IMG/VR virus record: IMGVR_UViG_3300050159_000048 | DNA from: a virus | Lineage: Duplodnaviria; Caudoviricetes | Reading direction: 5' to 3' (one strand) | Length of the DNA stretch: 64,000 nt | Notes under the pieces: generated by a model | The model's input: only the letters and a program-made list of their open reading frames with translations | The model's database searches: none | Told to the model about the DNA's origin: nothing | Program-made: the position numbers and the translations under genes | Part shown: in pieces, positions 1-10,768 of the stretch | Position numbering within the stretch: position 1 is the first letter of the stretch | Layout: each line of letters starts with the position of its first letter

Positions 1-2
1 TG

Positions 3-3000
3 GTGTCAGCTGTTAACGTAACCAATATTACGCCTGTTGGCGTAATTGACTTCGCTAGTGACGAATACGCAACAAACCTGCTAATGATGCGTGAGGCGTT
101 CACTAAGCAAGTGGTTTCGCTACTGACTGCACACACCCCCGACTCGTTGGTCGGGCTGTCTGACTACGTCGCTAAGCAAATCATCGCCAGCCACGAATCG
201 AACGACTTCATCGCTCAAATCTACGGCGATTCGCACGCATATGACGAAAGCACAGGCGCTGGCGTTCGCAACTGGGTTGCCACAGCTCCCATGTTTGGAC
301 TAGCTCCCAAGTATCGCCCTCACCTGAACGTGTTTGACAACCAAGTTCAGCTGTTCCACCACGACGGTCACCGCTCCGCCATCACATATCCTGTAGCTGA
401 ACAAGACCGTTACTCACGCTTGGTGTGCGCTGCAACAGATACTCGCGGAGGTACCGTCGGTCTCGTGAAGACAACTACACCACCGTCAACATTCTCGGCA
501 TTTGTATCAGAATATGGCTTCGACGTGCGTCCAGGAGCATACTGGTATCGTGTTGGTGGTGGCGTACGTCAACTGTACCGTCTGTCAGCCTTGACCGTAT
601 CCGCAACTGCTCCGTCATTGTATGACTCAAGTGGTGTAGAAATCCCTGACGGAACTCTGTACTACAACTTCGGATCTGGCTACGTGTTCCGCAAGGCTGG
701 GCTAGCTTGGGTGCAAGCATCAACAACCCCGAATGATATTTCAATGCTGTGGGAGTTGGTGAACTTCGTTGAAATCATTGGTAACCTGTTCCTCACACTG
801 GAGCAGCGTCTGTACGACGTTACCCCTGACGCGGGCATGGTGTATGATTTTAGTCAGTTGTACTCGACAGCTCCCAAGGCTGCTCTATACCAAGCTGCAA
901 TGCGCAAACGGTTCGACGCATACATTGCTAAAACTAACACACAAACTCCGTTCATTAACACAACCTACGTGGCCGCAAATGCGTTTACGTGGAACTACAC
1001 ATCGTCCTCTATCACAACTCCGCCAACCAACAAGACACCGAAGCAGGTTGCGTGTTGGCAAGCTCTGTACAACCACTGGTACGGCACTCCGTATCCCCAC
1101 GTTGAGCCTTGGAAGTTGCAAGGATTTGGTGATAAACCAACGTGGTGGGATAGTGAGTATGCTGATGTTACAGGCGCTCGCCGTTGGGTGTATGATCACA
1201 CAACCACCACTGGTATGTGGGAGAATATTCGTATTGGTCGTGTTCCTGCTGGCCGTACATATCCGTCTGGTGTTGTAAGCACGGGCAATGCAGCTACGGA
1301 CGGAGTAACACTACCAACGTATGCATACTTCTCCGTAAACATTTCTAACACCACACTGGCTGGTGGATACGGCCCTGACTCTCTCCTGCCTCCGTATTAC
1401 GACACGTCCGCTATTGCTGCGACCATGCCGACTGTACGCTCACTGTACAATCTGTTTGTGACAGAAATTGGCGTAACTGACGCTGACTATGCATACGGTG
1501 ACGTTGGGCCAGCTGAGTGGGCTTGGATGACTTCCAGCCAATATCCATACAACAACGCCGCTGTAGCATTTGTGCTACAGCCAGTCAAGTTCTTGCATGC
1601 AGCATTTGGTCCGCAGTTTGTCAATGTGAATGGCCTGCAAGTAGAAACCACACTGAACCAAGTATACAGCCACCAAGACGCTCTGTTCCACGGCGATGTG
1701 TATAACACGGATCAGGCATACAAGGTCCGTGGTATCAATCAATGGTATGTCAACTACAACCGCTATTCCGGCTTCGACACAAACGGCGAATTCCGTGCGT
1801 TGTGGGCTGGATGGGTGCCTCAACTAACTTACCAGTTTGGTGGTATTGTTGACACCAGCACTGTTGAACTCAGCAGCAAGTACTACGACGTTATCCCACA
1901 AGACTACTCGATCGTTCTTGCCAACAACGGCGTGATTCGTGATTTGTGGATTGACGCATTTGAAGCTACCCTGCTGACAATCCCGTCCGCTGTTGTTCAG
2001 TACAACAACCAGTCTCAGTGGAAGATTGAGTTGGATAGTCTGGCTACTAACGACCGCACCATTGAGTATTACGGCGTTAAGCAATACGCATTTGATGTCA
2101 ACACAACTACAGGTGTGTGCACAGCATTCCAATACGGCGTTGTTGGCGCATCGTCTGCAGCCCACCGCTTTAGCGTGATGGGTGATGAAACGGCTGTGTT
2201 TACCAAGGATCTGCAGTTCACCATCTCAGGATCGCCTGTGAACGACGGCGTATACACGGTAAGTTCATCGGTGTTTGAACCATCATCTGGCACAACCCGA
2301 ATCAACGTTGTTGAAACCATCGCTGGCTCGATCGCTGGCGGCAGCGCTCGTATCACCACGAAGGCCCTGCCGTGGCAAACGGGTGATGAGATTGTTATCA
2401 CGTCGTCGAAAATTGCTCCTGCGCCTTTGTACTCTGACACTTCGTACTTCTTCATCCGTCTATCGGATAACACATTTAAGTTGGCTGATACTCAGTCGGA
2501 AGCATATGCCGGCACGGCAATCGACCTAACGTCCCGCGGCGACGGTATCCAATATGTTGCGCAAGTTGACTCTGCGTTTAATGTGTTCGGTGGCGCTAGC
2601 AACTCCGGAGAATTGTGGTACCACTTCGCGGTGGATACATCTGACGTCCGCACGTTTACTCCGCCGTATGTTGTCGCAGGCATGCAAAACTTCATCAACA
2701 TCATTGACGGATATGCAGCTCGTCAAAAGGATTTGGGCGTACTACCGAACGTGATTGACGCACAGGACTTCGATCCAAACACTGGTCGTGCAATCAACTG
2801 GTCCTTGGAAACTGAGCGTTTCATTGATTGGGCGTATGGTCTGCGTCAGTCTCGCATCAGCTTGGCTAACTCACACCCCGTATCAATCAACACCACGGAT
2901 AACACCATGGCGTTCACCACATCCTTCCCTGCGTGGACGACGGGTACCATGGTGGCTGTGACGTCAACGGGTTCGCTTCCAACACCACTACAGGCCAACG

Positions 3001-6000
3001 TTCCGTACTTTGCAATCATGACTTCTGACGCTTCTGCGTTCAAGTTGTCAATGTCCAATGACGTAACAGACACAAGTTCATACATCGATCTCACGTCTGC
3101 TGGTAGCGGTACTGTTTCTGTGAGCGTGTATGAGCGTCGTAGCACGTATCCGAAATTTGAACTGAACCCAACTCGTTACAATGCCTGGATTGACACACCG
3201 CTTGGTGTGCTGTCAGACGTGGTAGTAGGCCCGTATACGGACATCCGCGTTCAGCAGACGGTGTTCGATCAGTACAGCCGTCCGATGAGCCCGAGCCAGC
3301 TCGTCGTCTACCGTGATGACAAGCGTAGTCACATTGCCATTAGGCGTGATATGGCTAATGACGTAGATCCGACGTATGGCAACGATGATTACAACAACCT
3401 ACACTTGGGCGGCGGTCACTTCTTCATTGAGAGTTACGAACACTTCCTCGTGTTCAATAACTACACAGTTGGTGGTGCTCTGGTATACGACCCGTTCTTG
3501 GGCATTCAAGCACGTAAGTTCAATCTGGACTACTTCGAGAAACAGGATTACACGCTGCGTCCAACGCTGGGTGGGTACTATCTGTTGAATGGAAAGTTCT
3601 ACCGCAACTTGGAAGGTTCGGCTACGGATACGCAGAACTACTACGACACTCTGGCTCTGTCAGAAGCAACCGATGTTGCTCGCCGCGCGCGCTCCATCTT
3701 GGGGTATCGTGGCCGTCAGAACTTCTTGGATCTGCTGAACATCAACAGCAAGTCCCAATTCCTGTTCTACAAAGGCATGATTCAAACGAAGGGCTCTGTC
3801 AACTCCGTGAACGCCTTCATCAACTCTCGCCGATTTGTCGACGCGCGCGTGGATGAATTCTGGGCTTGGAAGGTCGCAACGTACGGCGATGCTCGTACAA
3901 AAATCTATCCCGAGATCAAACTGTTCGCAACTGATGGACTGCTCGATGACGTCCGCCTGAACTTCTTGGGTGATGGTGAGCTGGTTACAGATGATACAGC
4001 AGTGGAAGCCGCAAAGAACGGCTTTGAGTTGGTATCCTTCAATGACAGCTCGCGTTGGAATCTGTCACCAGAGCAACAGACTGCAATCAAGTCCCCGTTG
4101 TTCCTTGACGCAACGGTAGCTACTACTCAGGTGATGTTCAGTGGACCTACGCGTCCTCACCCAGGGATGGAGCAGACCGTTAACGTTTGGTTTGACACGG
4201 TCAGCAAACAAGCATACACGTATAACGTTGTGCAGCGCCTGTGGAATACCCCAGTAACTGACGGTCGTGTGCAGCAAAGCGTCCTGGACAGCGGTGGTAG
4301 CAATACCAACGTAGTGTATGTGCAGCTGGACCAACCATGCGACACCGTTCGAGTCATCCGTCAAACTGCAACAATACAACAGTTTGACATTCTGACTTGT
4401 GCTAACAATACCATTACTGTGGCTGGCAACATCACAGATACAATTACTGTTGGTATCCCGGTCATCGTTCGTAACACTATCACTAACGACAACACGTACG
4501 AACCTAGCAGCTCGTACTTTGACGGAACCAACACTGTTATTACTGTGCTATTGTCCACCCCGAACGGAACGTCGCCTGTAACGCTGACCAATAGTGTTGG
4601 CGGTGAAATCTTGGCTCAGGACTTCAACAGCTACACCACACAGGTGTTCACTGAGGGTAGCCTGACAAGCGGATATGTTCGAGTGAACTCCGAAGTGTTG
4701 CGATTCCAGCAGACCGGATTTGCTGACATCATTATCGTGTACCTGGTGAACCCAGCAGCATCACAAATCAGTCCAGCAAAACTGATTGATGGCAAGTCAA
4801 ACACAGTAGTGCAGCAACTGCCTTTGTGGGATCCCGCACGCGGCCGCCATTCGGTAATTGCATCGCACAACATCGACCTTTTGTCTGGTATTGATCCTGC
4901 ACGTTACCAGTTTGCACCTAACCCAACCTCGACCACCCAGAACTTCTGGAATACTGCTGAGGTTGGCAAAGTGTGGATGGACACCTCGCACTTGGGCTAC
5001 GTACCGTACTACGACGACATGATCTACCCAACCGTCAATGAGCGGTTGTACTCGTGGGGTAAGTTGGCTCCGTGGAGTTCCGTGCGTGTGTATGAGTGGG
5101 TCAAGTCAACAGTACATCCGTCGGAGTGGGATAATTTGGTGACGAAGCAAGCAGCAAATGCGACAATTCTGCAATCTCAGAAGGTTAGCGGAACACCACG
5201 GTTGTCGGTGTTTAAGCGTGTACGCCAAGCCCATAACGTAACCAGCGTAAGTGTTGCAACCAACACGATTACGGTTGCAGGATACCCATTTGTAGACGGT
5301 ATGCAAGTGTTGTTCGATACCTCAGGAACGATGCCAACGGGCTTGGTCGCAAACACCAAGTACGCTGTTGTTGGTTCCGGCAACACAGTATCGCTGATCG
5401 ACGTTGTTGACGAATCTGAGATCATCATCTCAGATGTTGGCACCGGTCAACTGCGCATGATCCCTGCCTTCCAGTCAACTGACTGGAACACGCAGTACAT
5501 CCTACGTGAGCGTGTTTGCGCGTATCAGTCAAACCACAGCGTGAACGTGATTAACAACACTCCCACCGCTGTGGTAGCTTGGCCAGCTACAACTACCACA
5601 ATTGCGTGGGTTCCTAACGCTCCGGCGGATTGGGTGGTCGGTCTGACCGCTGAGTCAGACCGTGTGTCTGTGTATGTTAACAGCGTTCTCGTTGAAGCTG
5701 ATCTGATCATCACTCCTGACACGGTAGGCGGAACACTGTACTACAGCGTAACCCTGTCGTCCAACTACCAATTGAACGAGCACGATCTGATTGATGTTGT
5801 TCGCCCCATCCACACCGTTACGGATGATGAGGCGTCATTCGATCCAGATCTAGAAGACGACGGTACTGTAATGATCCAGTGGAAGACAGATTACCAGTAT
5901 AGCACCACTGTGTATTCTGGCACCACAGATGTCACATACTACCACTTTTGGGTTGAAAACTCAACGATGAAGAGCAGCAGCGACAACTCCAGCCTGTCGG

Positions 6001-6800
6001 TTTATGAGATCGCCAAACAAATTGAAACAATCCCAACTTCCTACTTTGTTGTGCAGAGCCCTGCGGACAGCACATCTACGTCGCAAATTTACGGATACGG
6101 TTCGTCAAACTACGGTGAGACGTTTGGACCTACATCTGACACGCAGCTAATGAAGATTTCTGTGATGTATCGTCAAGCAATCATTCGAAAGGTTTCAAGC
6201 TACCTAACTGATGACGATCGCTACTTTGTCCGCTTTACGCGCGACTTGACCCTGCGCAATGATCTTCGTGATAACGGCCGCAATATGAACCTCAAGAATG
6301 TTCACCACGAGTGGGTAATGTTCCGCCGCAACCAAATTGACACCATCCCGCGCAAGCTGTGGGATCGTCTAACCGAATCGTTGATGGGCTACACTCTTGC
6401 GGACAGCACCGTTCGTGTTCCATCATTGGAGTATGAGCTGTACGACGCATTATCTGGTACTGACACACGGTACGGTTTGGGCGAAAACCAAACGTTTGTT
6501 AACAGGGCTACGGGGTTGGCTACGGTTCTCGCGTATCTGCGTGATCCAACAAACGACTTTGCACCGATGGATATCAATGCGTTCTTTGCTCAGTACTCGT
6601 TCGATACGCCTGAGAACATTCGTATCGCTATGAATGCCATTTACCTGCATTTTAACGCAAAGCATGTCAATGCTATTTGGTTTGAAACGTTGATGGACGC
6701 ACTAGCTGCAAAGAGTAAATATCATGAACTTATGAAGACTTCCTGGATCGCGCTGCACGGTATTCGTGTGCTCGAAGTTGGCGGTCTATTTGACGATTGA
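3..6800 (+). CDS. Giant virion structural protein, probable baseplate wedge subunit (5' end probably lies upstream of the window)
   Basis: 2265 aa open frame from the window edge; T/S/V/N-rich beta-type composition with repeated modules; lies in the late cluster with PAAR. Function inferred from context. Confidence 0.6.
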   Translation: MSAVNVTNITPVGVIDFASDEYATNLLMMREAFTKQVVSLLTAHTPDSLVGLSDYVAKQIIASHESNDFIAQIYGDSHAYDESTGAGVRNWVATAPMFGLAPKYRPHLNVFDNQVQLFHHDGHRSAITYPVAEQDRYSRLVCAATDTRGGTVGLVKTTTPPSTFSAFVSEYGFDVRPGAYWYRVGGGVRQLYRLSALTVSATAPSLYDSSGVEIPDGTLYYNFGSGYVFRKAGLAWVQASTTPNDISMLWELVNFVEIIGNLFLTLEQRLYDVTPDAGMVYDFSQLYSTAPKAALYQAAMRKRFDAYIAKTNTQTPFINTTYVAANAFTWNYTSSSITTPPTNKTPKQVACWQALYNHWYGTPYPHVEPWKLQGFGDKPTWWDSEYADVTGARRWVYDHTTTTGMWENIRIGRVPAGRTYPSGVVSTGNAATDGVTLPTYAYFSVNISNTTLAGGYGPDSLLPPYYDTSAIAATMPTVRSLYNLFVTEIGVTDADYAYGDVGPAEWAWMTSSQYPYNNAAVAFVLQPVKFLHAAFGPQFVNVNGLQVETTLNQVYSHQDALFHGDVYNTDQAYKVRGINQWYVNYNRYSGFDTNGEFRALWAGWVPQLTYQFGGIVDTSTVELSSKYYDVIPQDYSIVLANNGVIRDLWIDAFEATLLTIPSAVVQYNNQSQWKIELDSLATNDRTIEYYGVKQYAFDVNTTTGVCTAFQYGVVGASSAAHRFSVMGDETAVFTKDLQFTISGSPVNDGVYTVSSSVFEPSSGTTRINVVETIAGSIAGGSARITTKALPWQTGDEIVITSSKIAPAPLYSDTSYFFIRLSDNTFKLADTQSEAYAGTAIDLTSRGDGIQYVAQVDSAFNVFGGASNSGELWYHFAVDTSDVRTFTPPYVVAGMQNFINIIDGYAARQKDLGVLPNVIDAQDFDPNTGRAINWSLETERFIDWAYGLRQSRISLANSHPVSINTTDNTMAFTTSFPAWTTGTMVAVTSTGSLPTPLQANVPYFAIMTSDASAFKLSMSNDVTDTSSYIDLTSAGSGTVSVSVYERRSTYPKFELNPTRYNAWIDTPLGVLSDVVVGPYTDIRVQQTVFDQYSRPMSPSQLVVYRDDKRSHIAIRRDMANDVDPTYGNDDYNNLHLGGGHFFIESYEHFLVFNNYTVGGALVYDPFLGIQARKFNLDYFEKQDYTLRPTLGGYYLLNGKFYRNLEGSATDTQNYYDTLALSEATDVARRARSILGYRGRQNFLDLLNINSKSQFLFYKGMIQTKGSVNSVNAFINSRRFVDARVDEFWAWKVATYGDARTKIYPEIKLFATDGLLDDVRLNFLGDGELVTDDTAVEAAKNGFELVSFNDSSRWNLSPEQQTAIKSPLFLDATVATTQVMFSGPTRPHPGMEQTVNVWFDTVSKQAYTYNVVQRLWNTPVTDGRVQQSVLDSGGSNTNVVYVQLDQPCDTVRVIRQTATIQQFDILTCANNTITVAGNITDTITVGIPVIVRNTITNDNTYEPSSSYFDGTNTVITVLLSTPNGTSPVTLTNSVGGEILAQDFNSYTTQVFTEGSLTSGYVRVNSEVLRFQQTGFADIIIVYLVNPAASQISPAKLIDGKSNTVVQQLPLWDPARGRHSVIASHNIDLLSGIDPARYQFAPNPTSTTQNFWNTAEVGKVWMDTSHLGYVPYYDDMIYPTVNERLYSWGKLAPWSSVRVYEWVKSTVHPSEWDNLVTKQAANATILQSQKVSGTPRLSVFKRVRQAHNVTSVSVATNTITVAGYPFVDGMQVLFDTSGTMPTGLVANTKYAVVGSGNTVSLIDVVDESEIIISDVGTGQLRMIPAFQSTDWNTQYILRERVCAYQSNHSVNVINNTPTAVVAWPATTTTIAWVPNAPADWVVGLTAESDRVSVYVNSVLVEADLIITPDTVGGTLYYSVTLSSNYQLNEHDLIDVVRPIHTVTDDEASFDPDLEDDGTVMIQWKTDYQYSTTVYSGTTDVTYYHFWVENSTMKSSSDNSSLSVYEIAKQIETIPTSYFVVQSPADSTSTSQIYGYGSSNYGETFGPTSDTQLMKISVMYRQAIIRKVSSYLTDDDRYFVRFTRDLTLRNDLRDNGRNMNLKNVHHEWVMFRRNQIDTIPRKLWDRLTESLMGYTLADSTVRVPSLEYELYDALSGTDTRYGLGENQTFVNRATGLATVLAYLRDPTNDFAPMDINAFFAQYSFDTPENIRIAMNAIYLHFNAKHVNAIWFETLMDALAAKSKYHELMKTSWIALHGIRVLEVGGLFDD

Positions 6801-8545
6801 TTATGTCTTCACTTACTAGCACCAGCGCCATCTTCCGTATTGATCCGACCAATGCCTTGGTTGAGTACGTCAATAGCATTAAGCCGTATCACACAAAGGT
6901 GTTAGATGTATTCGTTGAATACATCTACGGTGAGCCAATGAACGTAACCGTGAGTGACAGGATGAGCTGGACGTTTGGAATGGAACCGACACCAACCCTG
7001 CTGTCGGTTATAAGTGCAAACATTGCAGCAAAAACCCTGACGCTGTCTTTGGAGCCAGTAGATCTGGCTCCAAAGTTGTCAATCGGTGACACTTTTACGT
7101 TCAAGCAGAGTCCGTATTATGACGGGACTTTCACATTTACTATCGCAGGGCTGAACTACTCGACCGACAATAAGCAGGTTGTTGTCACAGTATCAAACAT
7201 GCCTACCCTCGAAGGTAAGAAACAGCCCTCTGATCGATTGTCTAATGCTGCGATCAATCAACTGATTGTGCAGGGGGTTGCAGCATTTAACGAACCAGAA
7301 CGTCAGCCTGTGGTATACACATGCGGCTTCGGCTACGTGTGGGACTTATCAGATCCAGGCAGCGTGTCAACAGCGACAATCACCCACGCAACCGGCACGG
7401 TGAGCCAGCAAGTGCTAGCTATTGCTAGCAATGTAATCACACTAGCTGCTGATTCTAGTGGATTCACATATTCGGCTAACACACCCGTCGTGTTCTCAAC
7501 CACTGGCACATTCCCTACAGGAATTCAACAGGGTGGTTTGTACTATGCAACTCCAGCTGGTACAAATATGATTCAAATTTCCGAAACGCCAGGTGGAGCT
7601 GTTATCGCACTTGGGGTGTCATATACTGGTGTGTTGACGGCCAAACCACAAGACACCAACATTAACACCTTTGTTGTCACAGCAGCACCGTCGTCAAACT
7701 ACGCAGTTTCAGTGTCAAACTTGGATGCTAACCAACTGGCATTCACACATGCTTACAATATCGTTGGCGTTTCACCAGCCTCCAATTCGTGGGTATTGCC
7801 GGGTAACTTATTGTCACACATTAGTGCTGGTGATAATCTGTACGTAAACAATAATACGGACCCTACATCCAATAAGACGTATTTGGTATTGTCAGCCTCG
7901 TATAACAGTACTACAGACCAAACCACAGTATTTGCGTCTACGCCAGTATCGGCAGCCGCCACAGTTTCTGGTCAAGCCAGCGTCGACGTCGAGCCAACCA
8001 ACGTACCGTCCTGGCCAACTGCCGCCGCGGTAAAGGTTACAACTACCGGCACGCACCCCACCCCTATCACAGGAACTTCAACTTATTACTTTGTGCCAAC
8101 TCCGAAGTATGGCGTGTTTAACTTGTCGAACGTACGGTATCCAACAAAGTATGATGATATCGTAGACTTGACTACCTTAGGAACAGGTAATATCGCAATT
8201 CACCGCACTGAGCCATTTATTCCTGGTGACCGTGTGACCGTATCTGGTTCTGTCAACGGAAACAATGACGGAACATACATCGTAAAGACGATTGTTTCAG
8301 AAGGAAGTGGTTATCGGGTATCCGTATATCAGAATGTTAGTAGCAGCACTCCGGTTGGTATGCCTACTGACGGAACGATGTCGTTGGACGGTTCGTTTGG
8401 TGACCCATTTTGTACTGTTGCTAGCGCTGACAAAATGCATGTGTCCGTTGTGTTTGCGGAGCGCCTGCAGTTCGATTTTGGTGATGATACTGACACTGTA
8501 CCAAACGAGGATACCCCGCAGTTTGACGTTCAGCCGTTCATGTGA
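6797..8545 (+). CDS. Virion structural protein (baseplate/tail associated)
   Basis: 582 aa; 4 nt overlap with the upstream stop; shares the TG-x-x-P-T-(P/G) beta modules seen in the upstream protein. Confidence 0.6.
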   Translation: MIMSSLTSTSAIFRIDPTNALVEYVNSIKPYHTKVLDVFVEYIYGEPMNVTVSDRMSWTFGMEPTPTLLSVISANIAAKTLTLSLEPVDLAPKLSIGDTFTFKQSPYYDGTFTFTIAGLNYSTDNKQVVVTVSNMPTLEGKKQPSDRLSNAAINQLIVQGVAAFNEPERQPVVYTCGFGYVWDLSDPGSVSTATITHATGTVSQQVLAIASNVITLAADSSGFTYSANTPVVFSTTGTFPTGIQQGGLYYATPAGTNMIQISETPGGAVIALGVSYTGVLTAKPQDTNINTFVVTAAPSSNYAVSVSNLDANQLAFTHAYNIVGVSPASNSWVLPGNLLSHISAGDNLYVNNNTDPTSNKTYLVLSASYNSTTDQTTVFASTPVSAAATVSGQASVDVEPTNVPSWPTAAAVKVTTTGTHPTPITGTSTYYFVPTPKYGVFNLSNVRYPTKYDDIVDLTTLGTGNIAIHRTEPFIPGDRVTVSGSVNGNNDGTYIVKTIVSEGSGYRVSVYQNVSSSTPVGMPTDGTMSLDGSFGDPFCTVASADKMHVSVVFAERLQFDFGDDTDTVPNEDTPQFDVQPFM

Positions 8546-8551
8546 TAAATA
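8546..8551 (+). promoter_or_regulatory. TAAATA T4-type late promoter motif
   Basis: gaTAAATAt, 22 nt before ATG 8574. Confidence 0.6.
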
Positions 8552-8573
8552 TACCAACCTCTGAGGACCAATC

Positions 8574-8798
8574 ATGACAGACTATCGCACAACGGACATC
8601 GTATTAGCCGCTTATTTGAAACTATCCGGCTGTCAAATGACCGGAATTGAAAAGCAAGGACAAAAGGGAACTTTCGTGTTCACAGAAGTAGAGGAGCGCC
8701 TAATCAATGCGTATGATTTGGGCAATGCCCGTGTCGAACCAGTAGCTTTTAACAATGCAATCAAGCAACTGACAACGTCAGTACGCCGTATTGTGTAA
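8574..8798 (+). CDS. Small hypothetical protein (DUF5659-like)
   Basis: 74 aa, GAGG RBS; the YRTTDIVLAAYL...F-x-F pattern resembles DUF5659. Confidence 0.6.
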   Translation: MTDYRTTDIVLAAYLKLSGCQMTGIEKQGQKGTFVFTEVEERLINAYDLGNARVEPVAFNNAIKQLTTSVRRIV

Positions 8799-8803
8799 AT
8801 CCG

Positions 8804-8809
8804 TAAATA
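8804..8809 (+). promoter_or_regulatory. TAAATA late promoter motif
   Basis: cgTAAATAc followed by AAGGAG RBS and ATG 8827. Confidence 0.6.
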
Positions 8810-8826
8810 CATAAAAGGAGCTACAC

Positions 8827-10011
8827 ATGTCGCAAGATTCACTACAAACCACTATTAAAGGTCATTGCAAGATCGTTGACGATCTAGGTAATGTTCTACT
8901 AGACAAAGACAACGCAATCCATCCGCAAAACATGGCGCGTATCATCGCCCGTGCTTTGGCAAACGAACCACATTCAAGCATCTATCGGATTGCGTTTGGC
9001 AATGGCGGTACCGTAGTTGATGCTGCGTATTCGGTTACGTACAAGACCCCCAACGACGGACAGTCTCCTGACATCGCTACGTGGGACAGCCGAATCTACA
9101 ACGAAACGTACTCGGAAGTTGTAGATGATTCCAGCGCTCTGATTGGCACCGACCCTGGTTCCGCAGACTTGAATACGGGCGTTCGTGCTGGTGGTGGTGC
9201 TGTTCCGTCTAGTGATCCGGCAACTGTTGAGCACGTTTCAGGTCCAGGTGTTCGGTCGAGCGAGCTTGGCGTAATGTCTGAGGTTGTTGTGTCTTGCACC
9301 CTAAACGGCAATGAACCACGCAGTCAGTTCATTGCCGATAAGGTTGCCACCAGCACAGAGACGGACTTTGTGTTTGACGAAATCGGTCTATATACGGGCG
9401 GTGCTGACGCAATTGGCACTAACGGATACCAGCAAATCAAGTTTGGTAATCTGGCCAAGGTTTCGACTGATGCATCAGGCTTACTGCCAAGCACACAATA
9501 TTCGTTCAATATTGCAATCAACGGCGGCACACCGCAAACGATCACTTTTACTACCCCAGCTGCAGGTTCTGGAGCTTCGGGTGAAATTCTGTTTGGCGAT
9601 TTCTGTCAAGCAATGAACACAAACAGTAGCGCTTGGAACATTATCCCAAGCGCCCCGAATGCAACGTTCACAATTACGGACTTGACGGGTGGCACATTCT
9701 CCACCATCACGGGCGCTCAAACATATGGCACGCTACAGGTGCAGAGTACAACTGCGGGACCAACATCGTCGATTAACCTATCGGGTGCTAATACCTCGGC
9801 TCTGCTGGCCGCTCTAAACACCCCAAGTGGTAGTCAGTTAGTTGCAGCCGTCGACGGAACTGCAGCAGGTCTGCAGAATGCACCAACATCACCATTAACA
9901 CAACGCGAGCGCTTGTTGGCACACTTAGTGTTCTCACCGGTGTTAAAGTCAGCAAACCGCACGCTGTCAATCACGTATACGTTGACAATCTCGGTTGGTC
10001 GATCCAGCTAA
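8827..10011 (+). CDS. Virion structural protein
   Basis: 394 aa, AAGGAG RBS, late promoter, T/S/G-rich, ends in a terminator. Confidence 0.6.
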   Translation: MSQDSLQTTIKGHCKIVDDLGNVLLDKDNAIHPQNMARIIARALANEPHSSIYRIAFGNGGTVVDAAYSVTYKTPNDGQSPDIATWDSRIYNETYSEVVDDSSALIGTDPGSADLNTGVRAGGGAVPSSDPATVEHVSGPGVRSSELGVMSEVVVSCTLNGNEPRSQFIADKVATSTETDFVFDEIGLYTGGADAIGTNGYQQIKFGNLAKVSTDASGLLPSTQYSFNIAINGGTPQTITFTTPAAGSGASGEILFGDFCQAMNTNSSAWNIIPSAPNATFTITDLTGGTFSTITGAQTYGTLQVQSTTAGPTSSINLSGANTSALLAALNTPSGSQLVAAVDGTAAGLQNAPTSPLTQRERLLAHLVFSPVLKSANRTLSITYTLTISVGRSS

Positions 10012-10040
10012 AAAAAGGCCCTCTTCTGAGGGCCTTTTTA
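10011..10040. terminator. Bidirectional rho-independent terminator
   Basis: A6-GGCCCTC-ttct-GAGGGCC-T5 between convergent genes. Confidence 0.9.
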
Positions 10041-10409
10041 TTTTGGCTCTACGTCAGCGCTGTCTGATCCGTTCTTGTTCTTGACGAACGAGTTCCAACC
10101 AGCCCCACCAAGTAGGTACATTAGATACACACTAAGCATATCAAAGGTCAACGTACCTTTGTCGCTCATAGTGATGATCATCCATGTGCTAACAGCTACA
10201 CCAATCAAGTAACCGAGCTTGTACGGAGATGCGCGATTATTTGTTGAATCACAAATTAGGTGTTCAAACCTAACTGTGCTCTTTGGATCGCGATGCTCAA
10301 CGTAGAAGATTAGCGTAAGCACGATCAATCCAAATATCACAAACCAGCTTGCGCCTGTGAATGGAAATAGGGTGAGAAATGATTTGACGTCTGCCACAAA
10401 ACGATCCAT
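10038..10409 (-). CDS. Small membrane protein with about 3 TM segments (holin candidate)
   Basis: Start moved to MDRFV (GGAG RBS); hydrophobic runs FVIFGLIVLTLIFYV, LGYLIGVAVSTWMII, MLSVYLMYLLGG. Confidence 0.55.
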   Translation of the reverse strand: MDRFVADVKSFLTLFPFTGASWFVIFGLIVLTLIFYVEHRDPKSTVRFEHLICDSTNNRASPYKLGYLIGVAVSTWMIITMSDKGTLTFDMLSVYLMYLLGGAGWNSFVKNKNGSDSADVEPK

Positions 10410-10455
10410 ATTGGTCTCCAGAGTGTTATGGTCCGTCGTATTTAGGTTCAAAATG

Positions 10456-10461
10456 TAAATA
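10456..10461 (+). promoter_or_regulatory. TAAATA late promoter motif
   Basis: tgTAAATAa, 16 nt before the PAAR start. Confidence 0.6.
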
Positions 10462-10477
10462 AAGGTAAAGGAATGTT

Positions 10478-10768
10478 ATGCCAGCAGCAATCAGAATTGG
10501 TGATCCAACATCGTGTGGAGACACAATCGCCGCAGGAAGCGGTAACGTGTTCATTAACGGCATCCCTGCGACTAGGTTAGGCGATGCAACAGCGGGCCAT
10601 CCCTGCGGACCACCAACAGTAACGAACAGTGGTGCTGCTACCGTATTTGTCAACGGGATTCCGCTATGTCGGGTGGGAGACACAATAGCTCCCCACGGTA
10701 CCTGCAGTGGCCCTCCGCACCCAGGTAGCATAACCGTTGGCTCATCGGACGTTTTTGTGGAGAACTAA
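10478..10768 (+). CDS. PAAR-repeat central spike tip protein
   Basis: PAAIRIGDPTSCG, VFINGIPATRLGD, VFVNGIPLCRVGD...H repeats. Confidence 0.95.
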   Translation: MPAAIRIGDPTSCGDTIAAGSGNVFINGIPATRLGDATAGHPCGPPTVTNSGAATVFVNGIPLCRVGDTIAPHGTCSGPPHPGSITVGSSDVFVEN

